From NCBI GenBank assembly GCA_951406725.2, contig OX597816.1, positions 178,560,001 through 178,624,000 on the forward strand: DNA of 64,000 nt. The letters run 5' to 3'. This document shows, in pieces, positions 1 through 12,253 of the stretch. The notes under the pieces are model-generated. The model was not told the DNA's origin. It saw only the letters and a program-made list of their open reading frames with translations, and did no database searches. Source of the stretch: Octopus vulgaris (lineage: Eukaryota). How positions within the stretch are numbered: position 1 is the first letter of the stretch; each line of letters opens with the position of its first letter. A program made the translations under genes and the position numbers.

Positions 1-616
1 TCTCTTCCGATAGCTCTCGCTTCTACTAAACTGATGGTTTAGCAATGTTATATAATATGAATAGCCATACCGTGGAGAGATTTATGCTGTTTAGTTAAAA
101 GATGACTATCAGCACTCAATAAAAGCCAATTTCTTAGACGTTAAGAAAAGCAAACACTGAAGTTACATAAAGGTGAATGGGGAGAACCATTTAATATCCA
201 TAGATATAAATAGTAGCGCAAACCATAAATATAAATCTTTGGTATGAATAAATAGGAGAGTCTTTGATCTATCCTAAGGGATATCCAAGAATTTCTTAAC
301 TCTAATAAAGATTTTATTTCCTAACCATGCAAAATAACACGAGCAGTGTTAAGGTAAATAAATACAGCTGCAAACACTCCCTCCACACACCTAGCCATCA
401 CATCATCAGTTAACTTTTAACTGTTGAAATCAATTTCCTCCCAAAATGAGTCATATACTAAGCATGCATGACACCTTTGGTCATGCGTGAAAGGAACAAT
501 AAGGGTGGAACTACGAACATGTTTAAAAGCTGCTTCCCTCAATATTTTCACTCATTCAGCTTAAAGAACAAAGAAATTCTATGGAGAATTGCAATTTCAA
601 GTGTTAAGTTTGTATG

Positions 617-780
617 TCTGAGGTATGGCTGTGTGATAAGAAGCTTGCTTCCCCCACATGGTTCTGGGCTCAGTCCTTCTGTGTGACACCCTGGGCAAGT
701 GTCTTCTACTATAGCCTCGGGCTGACCAAAGCTTTGTGAGTGGATTTGGTAGATAGAAACTGAAAGAAGCCTGTTGTGTG
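617..780 (+). mobile_element. tRNA-derived CORE-like SINE, 5' part
   Basis: Matches the head and ccctgggcaagtgtcttctactatagcc body of the fuller copy at 60359-60801. Confidence 0.7.
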
Positions 781-784
781 TATC

Positions 785-3700
785 AGAGACGTGTAGATTT
801 GTGTTGCATCCAAGAAGTAAGGTGGAGAGGAGGTTCTGCTAGGTTCCTCACAGGCAAAGAACGTAGGTATAAGATTTTCTGGGTAGGGAACACTACGAGG
901 TCGGGGGTGTGGAGAAATGGTTTGATAAGGTCATCTGGGTAGTCAGAGTTTGTGATAGAATACTTATGATTAGATTAGTGCAGCAACATGGGTTAGCAAC
1001 CATTATCTCAGCCGGGGCTACCTGATGAACAGAAAGACCGATTTTATGACATCCTCTTGCAAACAACCTTGTCAGCGAATGACAGGGACCTTCTCTTTGT
1101 GACTGGTGACTTCAATGGACATGTTGGACATGCAGGGGGCTTCCAGGGCGTACATGGAGGTTACAGTTTTGGTTCCCTCAATGAAGAGGGAACCAGGCTG
1201 CTGGAGTTCTGTGATGCAAATGATCTAATGGTTTTTAATACTAACTTCAGGAAACCTGCCAGTCACCTAGTCACCTACCGATCTGGTAGACACACAAGTT
1301 AAATTAACTACATCCTCGCCAGGAAACGAGAAAGATGGCTACCTATAAATACCAAAACCTTCCCAGGTGAAGAATGCACTGCACAACATAGATTAGTAGT
1401 TAGCAACTTCAGGATCAGGGCTAAATGGATGTCCAGAAGACGACCAGCATGGTGGAGAAGGGTCTGGAAGCTTAAGGATCCTGTGAATGGACAGAGATTT
1501 AGAGACATATTACTCGGAGCCTTTGACGAAATAGAAGGGGATATAGCTTCACGTGGTATAAAAGACAACTGGAGGTTCCTACAGGACAACCAGCTAAGGG
1601 CCACCGACCAGATCTGTGGATGGTGCAAAGTACCCTCTCAACCCAAAATAACGTCGTGACAGGGCCATTAGGGAAAAGAAACAGGCATGGAAGGACTGGA
1701 AGAACGGTGGTGGCAGGGAATTATATCAGACTGCCAGAAGGGAAGCTAAGAGACAGGTTTATTTAGCCAGAGGGGAAGCAGATAAGACAAAAATTGCCAA
1801 TGTTCTGTTCCGCGAGGACGAAAGACTTGAGGTCTTTTGTGTTGCAAGACAGTGTGTGAGAGAGAATCATGATGTGGTAGGAGAGAAATGTGTCCGCATG
1901 GATGATGGTTCACTTGCATTTAATGAGGCTGCAAGGACAGAGACTTGGAGGTGTCACTATGAAAGATTGCTAAATGAAGAGAATGAATGGGAGAAAGAGA
2001 ATCTACCGAATGTCGACCCAGCAGTGGGATCAGCTATCCAAATTGACAGTACCTTGGTAGATAAAGCAATAAAGTGTATGAAGATGGAGAAAGCCTCTGG
2101 CCCATCAGGAATCACAGCAGAGATGCTAAAAATAACTGGCAGTGTTGGCTATAATCTAGTCAGCCATATATTCAATCAACTGATACAGGAAGGAGTCATA
2201 CCCAATGACTGGTGTAGCAGCATAATAGTCAACTGCTACAAAGGTAAAGGTGATGCTTTAGATACAAATAATTACAGAAGTATCAAGTTGTTGGATCAGG
2301 TAATGAAAGTCATAGCCCAACTAATTAGAGAGAGAGTTAGTTTAGACGAGATGCAGTTTGGGTTTGTGCCAGGGAAAAGCACCACTGGTGCTATATTTCT
2401 GGTAAGAGAGCTGCAGGAGAAATACCTAGCTAAAGATAAACCTCTGTACCTAGCCGTCATTGACATAGAGAAAGCCTTTGACAGGGTCTTCCAATCCCTT
2501 ATCTAGTGGTCAATGAGGAAACTAGAGATAGATGAATGGTTAGTGAGAGCTGTGCAAGCCATGTACAGGGACACTGTAAGTAAGGTGAGGGTTGGCAACG
2601 AGTACAGTGAGTAGGGGTAGGGGTCCACCAAGAGTCAGTCCTCAGCCTCTTCCTATTCATCATAATCCTCCAGGCAGTAACAGAGGAATTCAAGACAGGA
2701 TGCCCCTGGGAGCTCCTCTATGCTGATGACCTTGCCTTAATAGCTGAGTCACTATCAGAACTGGAAGAGAAGTTTCAGGTGTGGAAGCAAGGTCTAGAAT
2801 CAAAGGGCCTTAGAGTCAACCTAGCAAAAACCAAAGTCCTAATAAGTAGGAAGGCAGACAAATCACAAACCCCTTCAGGTAGATGGCCCTACTCAATCTG
2901 TAGAAAAGGTGTAGGTAGAAACTCCATAAGATGTACCCAGTATAAGCTATGGACACATAAGAGGGGCAGCAATATCAAAAGAAGGCTAATTGGGAAGATA
3001 ATTTTTGTATGTGGCAAACGCTCAGGAGCAATAAACACTGAAAATGTGAAGACAACAGCTTCCGTCACATTCCATGGGGAAAGTCTAGAGGTAGTTGATA
3101 GCTTCCATTACCTAGGTGGCCAAGTCAGTAGCAGGGGTGGATGCTCTGAAAGTGTAGCTGCTAGAATAAAAATATCCTGGGCAAAGTTCAGAGAGCTCTT
3201 ACCTCTGCTGGTGACAAAGGGCCTCTCACTCAGAGTAAAAGGCTGACTGTATGATGCATGTGTACGAACAGCCATGCTACACGGCAGTGAAACATGGGCC
3301 GTGACTGCTGAGGATATGCGTAAGCTTGCAAGGAATGAAGCCAGTATACTCTGCTGGGTGTGTAATGTCAGTGTGCATACACAACAGAGTGTAAGCACCC
3401 TGAGAGAAAAGGTGGACTTAAGAAACATCAGATGTGGTGTGCAAGAGTGACAACTGCACTGGTATGGTCATGTGTTGTGAATGGATGAGGAAAGCTGTGT
3501 GAAAAAGTGCCACACCCTAGCAGTTGAGGGAACCTGTGGAAGAGGTAGACCCAGGAAGACCTGGAATGAGGTGATAAAGCATGATCTTCGAAAATTGGGC
3601 CTCAATGAGGCAATGACAAATGACCGAGACCTTTCAAGATATGCTGTGCTTGAGAAGACCCAGCAAGCCAAGTGAGACTGTAACCATGGCCTATGCCAGT

Positions 3701-4110
3701 GCAGCATAGCCAGCCCATTTAAGAGTACCCTTCAATCATTGGGTAATTAACTGCACTTGTGAAGACCTGTTGAGGTAAGTGAAAGCATTGTTGTGGCTGA
3801 TGACGTGCCAGTGGTACATAAAAACACAATTCGAGCATGGTTGTTGCCAGTGTCGCCTCACTGGCTCCTGTGCCGGAGGCACATAAAAAAGTACCATTTG
3901 AGTGAAGTTGATGCCAGTACTGCCTGACTGGCCCTCGTGCCGGTGGCATGTAAAAATCACCCACTACACTCTCAGAGTGGTTGGTATTAGGAAGGGCATC
4001 CATCTGTAGAAACTTTGCCAGGTCAGATTGGAGCCTGGTGCAGCCTTCTGGCTCGCTAGCCCTCATTCAAACTGTCCAACCCATACCAGCATCGAAAGCG
4101 GACATTCAAC

Positions 4111-4150
<40 letters not shown>
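785..4150 (+). mobile_element. RTE-clade LINE, 5'-truncated and disrupted (APE endonuclease, RT, PHD-like finger, 3' UTR, (GAT)n tail)
   Basis: GDFNGHVG, KASGPSGI, QFGFVPGKSTT, DIEKAFDRV, YADDL, FHYLG and GRGRPRKTW motifs spread over frameshifted ORFs; (GAT)n tail at about 4111-4150. Confidence 0.92.
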
Positions 4151-4152
<2 letters not shown>

Positions 4153-4996
4153 ATATATATATAGGAATAGGAAAACCATCTGGTTCACCCCCTCCCCCTA
4201 CTCACCCGAAGTGACTTTAAATATAGGCAAGTATTTCTTAGCACTGATTAGATAGACATTTTCCAGTTGCCCATAGTTACAGAAAGCTCTTCAATAGACA
4301 CAACTTAAAAATCAGTTTCAGCTCAACTACTAATTTTAAAAATGCAATCGCACACAACACGCAAAAACCACAATATGAAACCAGCTGTTCATGCAGGGAT
4401 AAAAGTTTGTGCCCACTAAATGGAGCTTGCATGTCTGAGACCATAATTTATGAAGCCACTGTGGACTCTATATACACTAAAGACATGGTTTCGATGAAGA
4501 AATACATGGGCCTTGCAGAGAGTAATTTCAAGGCTAGGTTTCAATAATCACACCTTGAGCTTTAGGCACTGGGATAAAAGGAAAACGACCAAATTATCCA
4601 GTTATATATGATCATTAAAAGATAAAGGTGTCAGTTATAATATCCATTGGAAGATCTTAGCTAAGTGTAAGCCCTACACCAACGGCAGTGGAAAGTGCGG
4701 TCTATGTGATATGGAAAGATGGCTCATCAGAAAAAGCAGCTTAGACACCGCTACATGTCTGAATTCAAGAACTGAACTTTTCGGTTCATGCCCATATGTG
4801 GCCAAATATTTGTTATGCTTTTGATCCCCCTGAGACTAGATAGAACTTGCTTTCTATATTGTGTCCATGCTCAAGCTTTATCTCTTTATACCTTTCACTT
4901 ATATTTCTCTTATATATTTTAAAATTTTATTTATATTTTTTATACATATATTTCTGACATATTTATAAAGATATTGGTTTATAGGTTTATTGCTTA

Positions 4997-5389
4997 CTAG
5001 CAGTATCGCCCGGCGTTGCTCGGGTTTGTAAGGGAAATAACTATATAGGCATTTTTAGAGATGTAAAGTATAATAGCCATCTCAATATGGCTAACCACAA
5101 AGGGGGGTTACTGTAGCTTTTTATGTTCTGAGATTTAATAATAAATTTTTAGAGAGTTACTTCCCTTATATATGCCAAAAATGCATTAAAAATGGGAAAA
5201 ATTGATGGTAAATTATTTTTAAAATCGTAGACTCATCGTAGACGCACGCTAATACCCAGAAGGGCTCGACATGAATCACGACTATAAGATACCCGGTTTT
5301 GGTTAAACTGCCCCGCAAAATGTGGGAGTAGTTAGGAATCTAAATCGTAGGAGACAGACAGCACACAACCTCACTTTTATATATAAAGA
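4997..5389 (-). mobile_element. Non-autonomous Helitron-like element
   Basis: 5' TC(TTTATATATAAAA), 3' hairpin CCCGAGCAACGCCGGG then CTAG, inserted between A and T; homologous to 15534-16046. Confidence 0.8.
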
Positions 5390-6124
5390 TATATTTTTAC
5401 ATATAATTTTTCTGTATTCTACCTTCCGCCCTGCATTTTTCCCTGTGCGTATATAGACGTGTATATGGAATCTTTTGTGCACGCGTGTGAATGTGTGCGT
5501 GTGTGCAGGTATTTGCGTATATAGATGTGTGCGTGCATGCGAGTACGTGTGTATATAGACGTATTTTACTCAGTGCTTTTACACATTTTCCTGTTTTTTG
5601 CCCTTAGTCCTGATTTTTCTTGTGTTAGACGCATGTATGATCCTTTTTGTGCGTGCGTGTGTGTGCATATATAGACAGGGGTGTGGGTATGTGCGTATAT
5701 AGGTGTGTGTGTGTGCGTGCATAAGAGTATGTGCGTATATAGACGTGGTTTACTGTTTGTATACTGCCTTATGCCTTTTTTCTGTATTATTACCCTTAAC
5801 CCTGTTTTTTCTTGTGCTTGTGCGTATATAGACGCGTGTGTGTGGGGGGTTTGTATGTATATGCATATACATTTGGCGAAGTATGAGAGTGAAGATGTAT
5901 ACGTTTTCAAGTGAGTGTGGATGAATGTATACCTTTAGGTGCATGCGCGTGGGTGTGCTGATGCACATGTAGATATGAACAGGCGCGCTTATGTGAATAC
6001 TATGAACCTTTTACCCCCTTACTTTACTTCTTCCCCTTAACAAATAGCTCTTTTGTCTTAATGACGGTCAATCACACAGTAATTTCCCTTTGTATACGGT
6101 CATTTTTCATAACATTTTTCCGAT

Positions 6125-6195
6125 GGCCGGATAACTGAAGAGATGGCGGCGTGGATTTCCACCTCAGCATCCGAAATTCGGAGTTTTATCATGGC
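6125..6195 (+). ncRNA. Type I hammerhead-ribozyme-like motif at the 3' end of the Penelope remnant
   Basis: Stem I GATAA/TTATC, core CTGAAGA (6135-6141), stem II GATG/CATC, GAAA (6173-6176), short stem III, GTT triplet. Confidence 0.55.
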
Positions 6196-6235
6196 TACCG
6201 AATTACATTTACAGATATATATATATATCATTGAC

Positions 6236-6321
<86 letters not shown>

Positions 6322-6329
6322 ATATGAGG

Positions 6330-7424
6330 CCCAACACTTAAAAGGTAGTTTTTATGTGTCACTGGCACCAGACACTTTGCCTCTGTGTGGCACAATGCTT
6401 GAAAGGTGGTTTTTGTGTGCCACCAACATGGGTGCCTGTTACATGACACCAATAATCGGCCACTACCACAATTTCACTTGGCTTGACACGTCTTCTCAAG
6501 TACAGTGCATTGCCAAAGGTGTTGGTCATTAGTTATTGTGTTTGTGAGTCACAAAGTCCGAACCTCATGCTTTACTGCCTCATCTCATGTCTTCCTGGGT
6601 TTATCTCTACAACATGTTCTCTCCACAGTTAGAGATCAGCATTTCTTTATACAGCTGTCCTTATCCATATGCATCACATGACCATACCAGTGCAGTTGTC
6701 TCTCTTGCACACCAAATCTGATGCCTCTTATGCCCAACTTTTCTCTAAAGATGCGTGCACTTTCTTGAACATGTATGCTGACATTTGCATATCCAGTGAA
6801 ACATACTGGCTTCATTTCTTTCAAGCTTATGCATGTCCCTGGCTGTCACAGCCCATGTTTTACTGTTGGGTAGCATAGCTGTTCGCACTCAAACATCTTA
6901 CAATCTGCCTTTTACTCTGAGGGAGAGGCCCTTTTGTTACCAACAGAGGCAGGAGCTCTCTGAACTTTACCCAGTCTATTCTTTTTCTCACAGCTACACT
7001 CTCAGAGCATCCACCTCTGCTGCTAACTTGGTCACCTAGGTAACAGAAGCTATTTACTACCTCTAGCTTACTCCACCTGGCAGTTGATGGAGTCTATTTT
7101 CTGTACATTTTCAGTGTTTATTGTACCTGTACATCTTCCACACACAAAAGCTATTTTCCCTATTAACCTTTCTCTGATATTGCTGCACTTCTTATGTGTC
7201 CATAGCTTACACTGGGTACATCTTATAGAGTTTCTACCTACACCTTTTTTACAGATCAAACAGAGCCATCTACCTGAAGAGATTTGTGATTTGTCAGCCT
7301 TCCTACTTACTAAGACTTTAGTTTTTGCTAGGTTAACTCTAAGGCCCTTCAATTATAGATCTTGCTTCCATACCTGAAACTTCTTCTCTAACTCTGGTAG
7401 TGATTCAACTATAAGAACAAGGCC
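6330..7424 (-). mobile_element. RTE-clade LINE 3' fragment (same family as 785-4150)
   Basis: ORFs 7068-7352 and 6636-6824 match the C-terminal part of the first copy. Confidence 0.88.
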
Positions 7425-7722
7425 TCACAAAGGCAATGACGAACGACAGAGACCTTTGCCATTATACCATGCTTGAGAAGACCCATCAAGCCAAGTAAAA
7501 ATCACAGTCGTGGCAGATACTGGTGTCATACAAATGGCACCCAAACCGGTGGCATATAAAAGCACCTTTACACTCTTATATTGGTTAGTGTTAAGAAGGG
7601 CATCAAGTTGTAGAAACCACGCCAAATGAGACTGGAGTCTGATGCAGCCTTCCAGCTTGCCAGCCCTGGCCGAACCATCCATCCCATAATAGCATGGACA
7701 ATGGACGTTGAATGATGACGAT
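7425..7722 (+). mobile_element. RTE 3'-end fragment with short (GAT)n tail
   Basis: Similar to 3600-4150. Confidence 0.75.
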
Positions 7723-7743
7723 GGCATACATATATGTATGTGT

Positions 7744-7862
<119 letters not shown>

Positions 7863-7947
7863 AGAGTTTACAAAAAAAACAAAAGGCGAAGACAGGTGGT
7901 GTACAAAACAAACAGATATATTAGTATAATGCTCAGGAATAGAAAAA

Positions 7948-7989
7948 GTCTTTTATGTTTCGAGCCTACGCTCTTCTACAGAAAGGGAC
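7948..7989 (-). ncRNA. Degenerate minimal hammerhead-like motif in a short interspersed repeat
   Basis: Minus strand reads CTTT CTGTAGA A GAGC gtag GCTC GAAAC ATA AAAG; the core has A6 changed to U. Confidence 0.45.
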
Positions 7990-8064
7990 ACAGGATGTGT
8001 TATAATACTATTTCACTTATACATAAACAGCCATACCAACAATCCAACATACCTCCATCATCAG

Positions 8065-8111
<47 letters not shown>

Positions 8112-9251
8112 GTGTGTCTGTGTGTGTATCTGTGTGTGTGTCTGTGTGTTTAACTTCCCGGCACATCTCCTCCTAGCCAACAAATCGTAGAACCACCAAA
8201 AGTGGGTCACTTAAAGTTTAGACGAATGAAAATTGAACTGCGCTATTTCTGTTCCGAAATTCATCTCGCAAGTGCAAAAATCGATAATGTGTTTGTTTAG
8301 GCCTTATCCCATGCATTGAATAGTGAACTTTACTCAGTCAGCTGTTTGACGTGAACTGTGTTTACCACGCGTGCAAGCATGCGTAAATTGCGGGAAAAAT
8401 AAAAAAATCAAGATATAAAAACAAATCACCGTAAACATTGTAAAAATTCGGCAAAGAAATGAATTTTCGGGATGTAGCCTGGAGGGTTTTTTCGTATTAA
8501 TCGTTTGGACTTTGTGAACACATGTTTTCATAACATTTTTAACACTTTGAATTAAATGTGATCATTTTGCATTGAGTCTGCAGTTTGAATCACTTTAACC
8601 AAATTTTAGCAAGATTTTGATCATCACGATACATTGTCAGCGACTCCCTGAAACTCTTCCCTGAAACCCCCGTTGAGAAATCTATTATATATATAATAAT
8701 ACTTTGAATGTGACTCCTGAAAAAGAGTAAAAGTAATTATCCGATGAACGACGGGTATTACTGCTAGTATATATATACCCAAAATTCTTACTATAAATTC
8801 TTCCTATGACCTTAAACGATTCTAAGCCCAACCATACACACAGATAAACATCCACAACCACACACACGTGCTATCATTACACACACACACACAGAAACCT
8901 GTGTGCAATCACATGCATAATAGTGGTTTTATCTCTAATTCATATTTGGTGTTTATCAATGAGTCACCTGAATAATAAAACCCTTTATTCACTTATTTAC
9001 TAATGACCCCACATTTTACAATATTAATGCAAAGAACCCTAGCAGCAAGTCTTTCCAATGACTTAAAACTTGATTGCACAATGGGAAAATTAGTGGTTGG
9101 CTATATTTGATACTTCTGAGACTAATCTTTATACCACCATCAGGAATTTCCAGACTTTCTGTCCATTTTGATGGATAAGGAGTGGATTGACTCCTTAGAT
9201 CTTGTATTCATACTTGATTTGAGACAGGATCCTGCAGTTTATTCAATTTAG

Positions 9252-10538
9252 TGTGTATTTGTTTGTCTTGTACGATCTAATTTTTCTTTGTACGATCTAA
9301 TGATCTTAATAAAGATTTTACCTCCAATTTGGTTGGTTATGTGATATTGATAAACAACAAACATGGCTAGAAATTAGTGTTCAGCACTCTTGAATGGGAT
9401 TTGTGGTGAGATGTCTCACCTGTCAATGATTTTCAGGTGTTTTAACACCTGGCACTTTGAGGGAATCAGCACCACCATTCCAAGTTGCTGCCTACTAGCA
9501 AACACACAGCATATATGTTAAGTATGTGTGGGATATATATATCCATTCAAGAGTGCTGAACGGTTTCATTCTCCAGCCCACATCTTGGACATGTCGGTGG
9601 TGCTGACAAACCATGCCTGGATAACTTATCGCGAACAGGTAATGCGTTCCTGTAGCACTGCCAGGTCAGGGAATCTTGGAAGTTGTCCAAATACCCCAGT
9701 ATTTTTATATATTTTTATATAATTGTTATATAACTGTAACTTTTCCTGCTACAAATTTAAAGGACAACTACTACCATTATCCTCCTTATCATCATCACTT
9801 CCACCACTATCACCATTATCCTTGTCATCATGATTATAGATCTGTTTTCCATGCAAGTCCTTGAAAATTTACATTCGTTATTATCCGAGAAACATAAATG
9901 GTTAACAACTAACTGAAAAGTTTAACTTCTTACTTTCCAAACTAAAGCCACAACCTTTTTCCTTTCAGATAGTAAGACTTGTATTCTCTTTTACTTATTC
10001 ATACCAAAACTTATCCTTTTGGTACCCTATAAGTTAAGTGGTTTCCTACTTCAATGTTTTCACCTCAAATTCACATGAGCTCCTTATATTGTTCTACTTT
10101 GACCATTACCTTTAAAACATTCTTCACTTCCACTTTCATCCACTTACCTTCATTAAATTTGACATTTTGTTTTCTAGTCAGCTTCAATCTATTCTAGCCT
10201 AAATATTATTGATCACATATATTTCAAAATATTATTCACCACTTTTAAATATTATTGACCACACATACTTGACATATATGCTGTGTGTGTTTGCTAGTAG
10301 GCAGCAACTTGGAATGGTGGTGATGACTCCCTCAAAGTGCCAGGTGTTAAAACACCTGAAAATCATTGACAGGTGAGACATCTCACCACAAATCCCATTC
10401 AAGAGTGCTGAACACTAATTTCTAGTCATGTTTGTTGTTTATCAATATCACATAACCAACCAAATTGGAGGTAAAATCTTTATTATGATCATTAGATCGT
10501 ACAAAGAAAAATTAGATCGTACAAGACAAACAAATACA
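9252..10538. repeat. ~280-bp near-identical inverted repeat (9252-9531 vs 10259-10538), ~730-bp spacer
   Basis: Arms are reverse complements with only a few mismatches. Confidence 0.93.
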
Positions 10539-11276
10539 AAAATGTTAAATGAGTTTGAATGAGCTGATGTTAAAAATTTACATAAAAAATATTTTATATA
10601 AACGATTAATTTTTTACCTTTAACTAGAACTTTTTTTTTTATAAATGTAAACAAAGAAAGAAAAGAATAAAAGTTCAAAAGGGTTGAACCCTATAAAGCC
10701 CATAACTAGCTTTTTCTTTCATCTTTAAGCTGTGTTACTGACACCCACCTTTCTCATCACATCTTTCCATTGTTCCTCTTATTCACTCAGTGGCAGGGTC
10801 TTCCTCTCCAACCCCATCTTGCTGTCACAGAACCTTCCATTCTAGTCCTCCAAACACACTCTTTCAGTCCTGCAACCGTACAGTAAAAACATGCCTTACC
10901 AGTTGGTGGTATCATCTTTATTATAGATCCAGCCGACAGCTGTACTTGTCCCAGACAACGTGTTCAACATAACTTACCAAGCTAGACAGCTCCCGACATT
11001 GTACAAAAGCCTGCTGAACGGTTTCATTCTCCAGCCCACATCTTGAAGATGTCGGTGGTGCTGACAAACCATGCCTGGATAACTTATCGTGAACAGGTAA
11101 TGCGTAGCACTGCCAGGTCAGGGATTTTTGGAAGTTGTCCAAATACCCCAGGCTGAAAGTTTTTGGATCAGGTTGGCAAGTTGGTTCTCATCGAACCCCA
11201 GAGCCCCTCCTAGGATGTCATCATTTCTTGCCTCTACCAGCCATCTATAGGACACCGAGGTGGCATTCCCACTGCC
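10473..11276 (-). mobile_element. Tx1/L1-like LINE 3' fragment (zf-RVT) with 17-bp TSD
   Basis: ALPVHDKL..RCGLENETVQQAFVQC motif; AATAAA at the 3' end; CCAACCAAATTGGAGGT at 10456-10472 and 11277-11293. Confidence 0.82.
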
Positions 11277-12253
11277 CCAACCAAATTGGAGGTGCATCAT
11301 AATGCTAGTCCATGACTTATGTGCATATAAGTGTAAAAATTACGTGCTGGTATGCCCTGATAATGCATACATAAGAATCAATTCAAATACAAAACAGGAG
11401 CAGTGCTAGTGTAATAAACATTATCAACCACACATACTTAATGTATATGCCTTGTGTGTAGGTTGCGATTTGTTGTGGTTGAGATTATTCCATCAAAGTG
11501 ATGGGTTTTAAAACACCTGAAAGTCATAAACAGGGGAGACAACTCAGCCCAAATCCCATTCAGGAATGATTGACATCAGTGTTTCATTATTTTTGTGGCT
11601 TATCACTATCACATACCAGAACCGAATCTGAGATGAATCGTACCACCAGTCCATGACTTATATGCATATAGTGTAAAAATTTATGTGCTAGTATGCCCTG
11701 ACAATGCACAAGTAAGAATTCCTTACTAATTGTGACTGGTTATTACATCCATTACAACTATTTACTGTCAACTCTTCATAATATTATGTTAGCGCCTAGA
11801 CTACTCTTACCTAAACTGTTGTTTTAGCAACCTTTCATACAACCTATGTACACATCTTCAGAAATTACATTTTAGGAGTTTTTTAATCCCCTCTCTAATA
11901 ATACCATAATCTATACACTTTATTTTGATATAATGCCTAACTCTTTTATCTTATATTATCTACTTTTCTTATCCTTTATCTATCCCCTGCTTGCAATATA
12001 TATTGGGTGCAGATTGCATTGAATAACCCGCTGTAGGTGGCATCTTCCTGAGGTTAAAAATAGCAGTAATGTTGGTTCCTTTGGAACAGTCATGTCTTAA
12101 GTAGCAATAAACATTTCTTCTCAGTATAATTATTGCTCTCATCTCTTATAGAGATTTTCTAACTTGCTAATTTGCTTGTTGCAAGAACAGTGACTGTGTA
12201 TCACTTGATTTCTGTATATTGCGAATTGGAGTGAACTACTGTTATCTCTAGTG

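Larger units (their letters stand above)
4165..6215 (+). mobile_element. Penelope-like element remnant (RT C-terminus, GIY-YIG endonuclease, 3' pLTR region with hammerhead-like motif)
   Basis: RKTIWFTPSPYS..NIGKYFL; YMGLAESNFKARF; WKILAKCKPYTNGSGKCGLCDME..CLNSRTELF; interrupted by the Helitron-like insert at 4997-5389. Confidence 0.8.

Noticed and set aside
8154-8685. Possible hAT-like relic
   Set aside because: CpG-richer patch with one TIR-like end, but no matching partner or TSD could be established.
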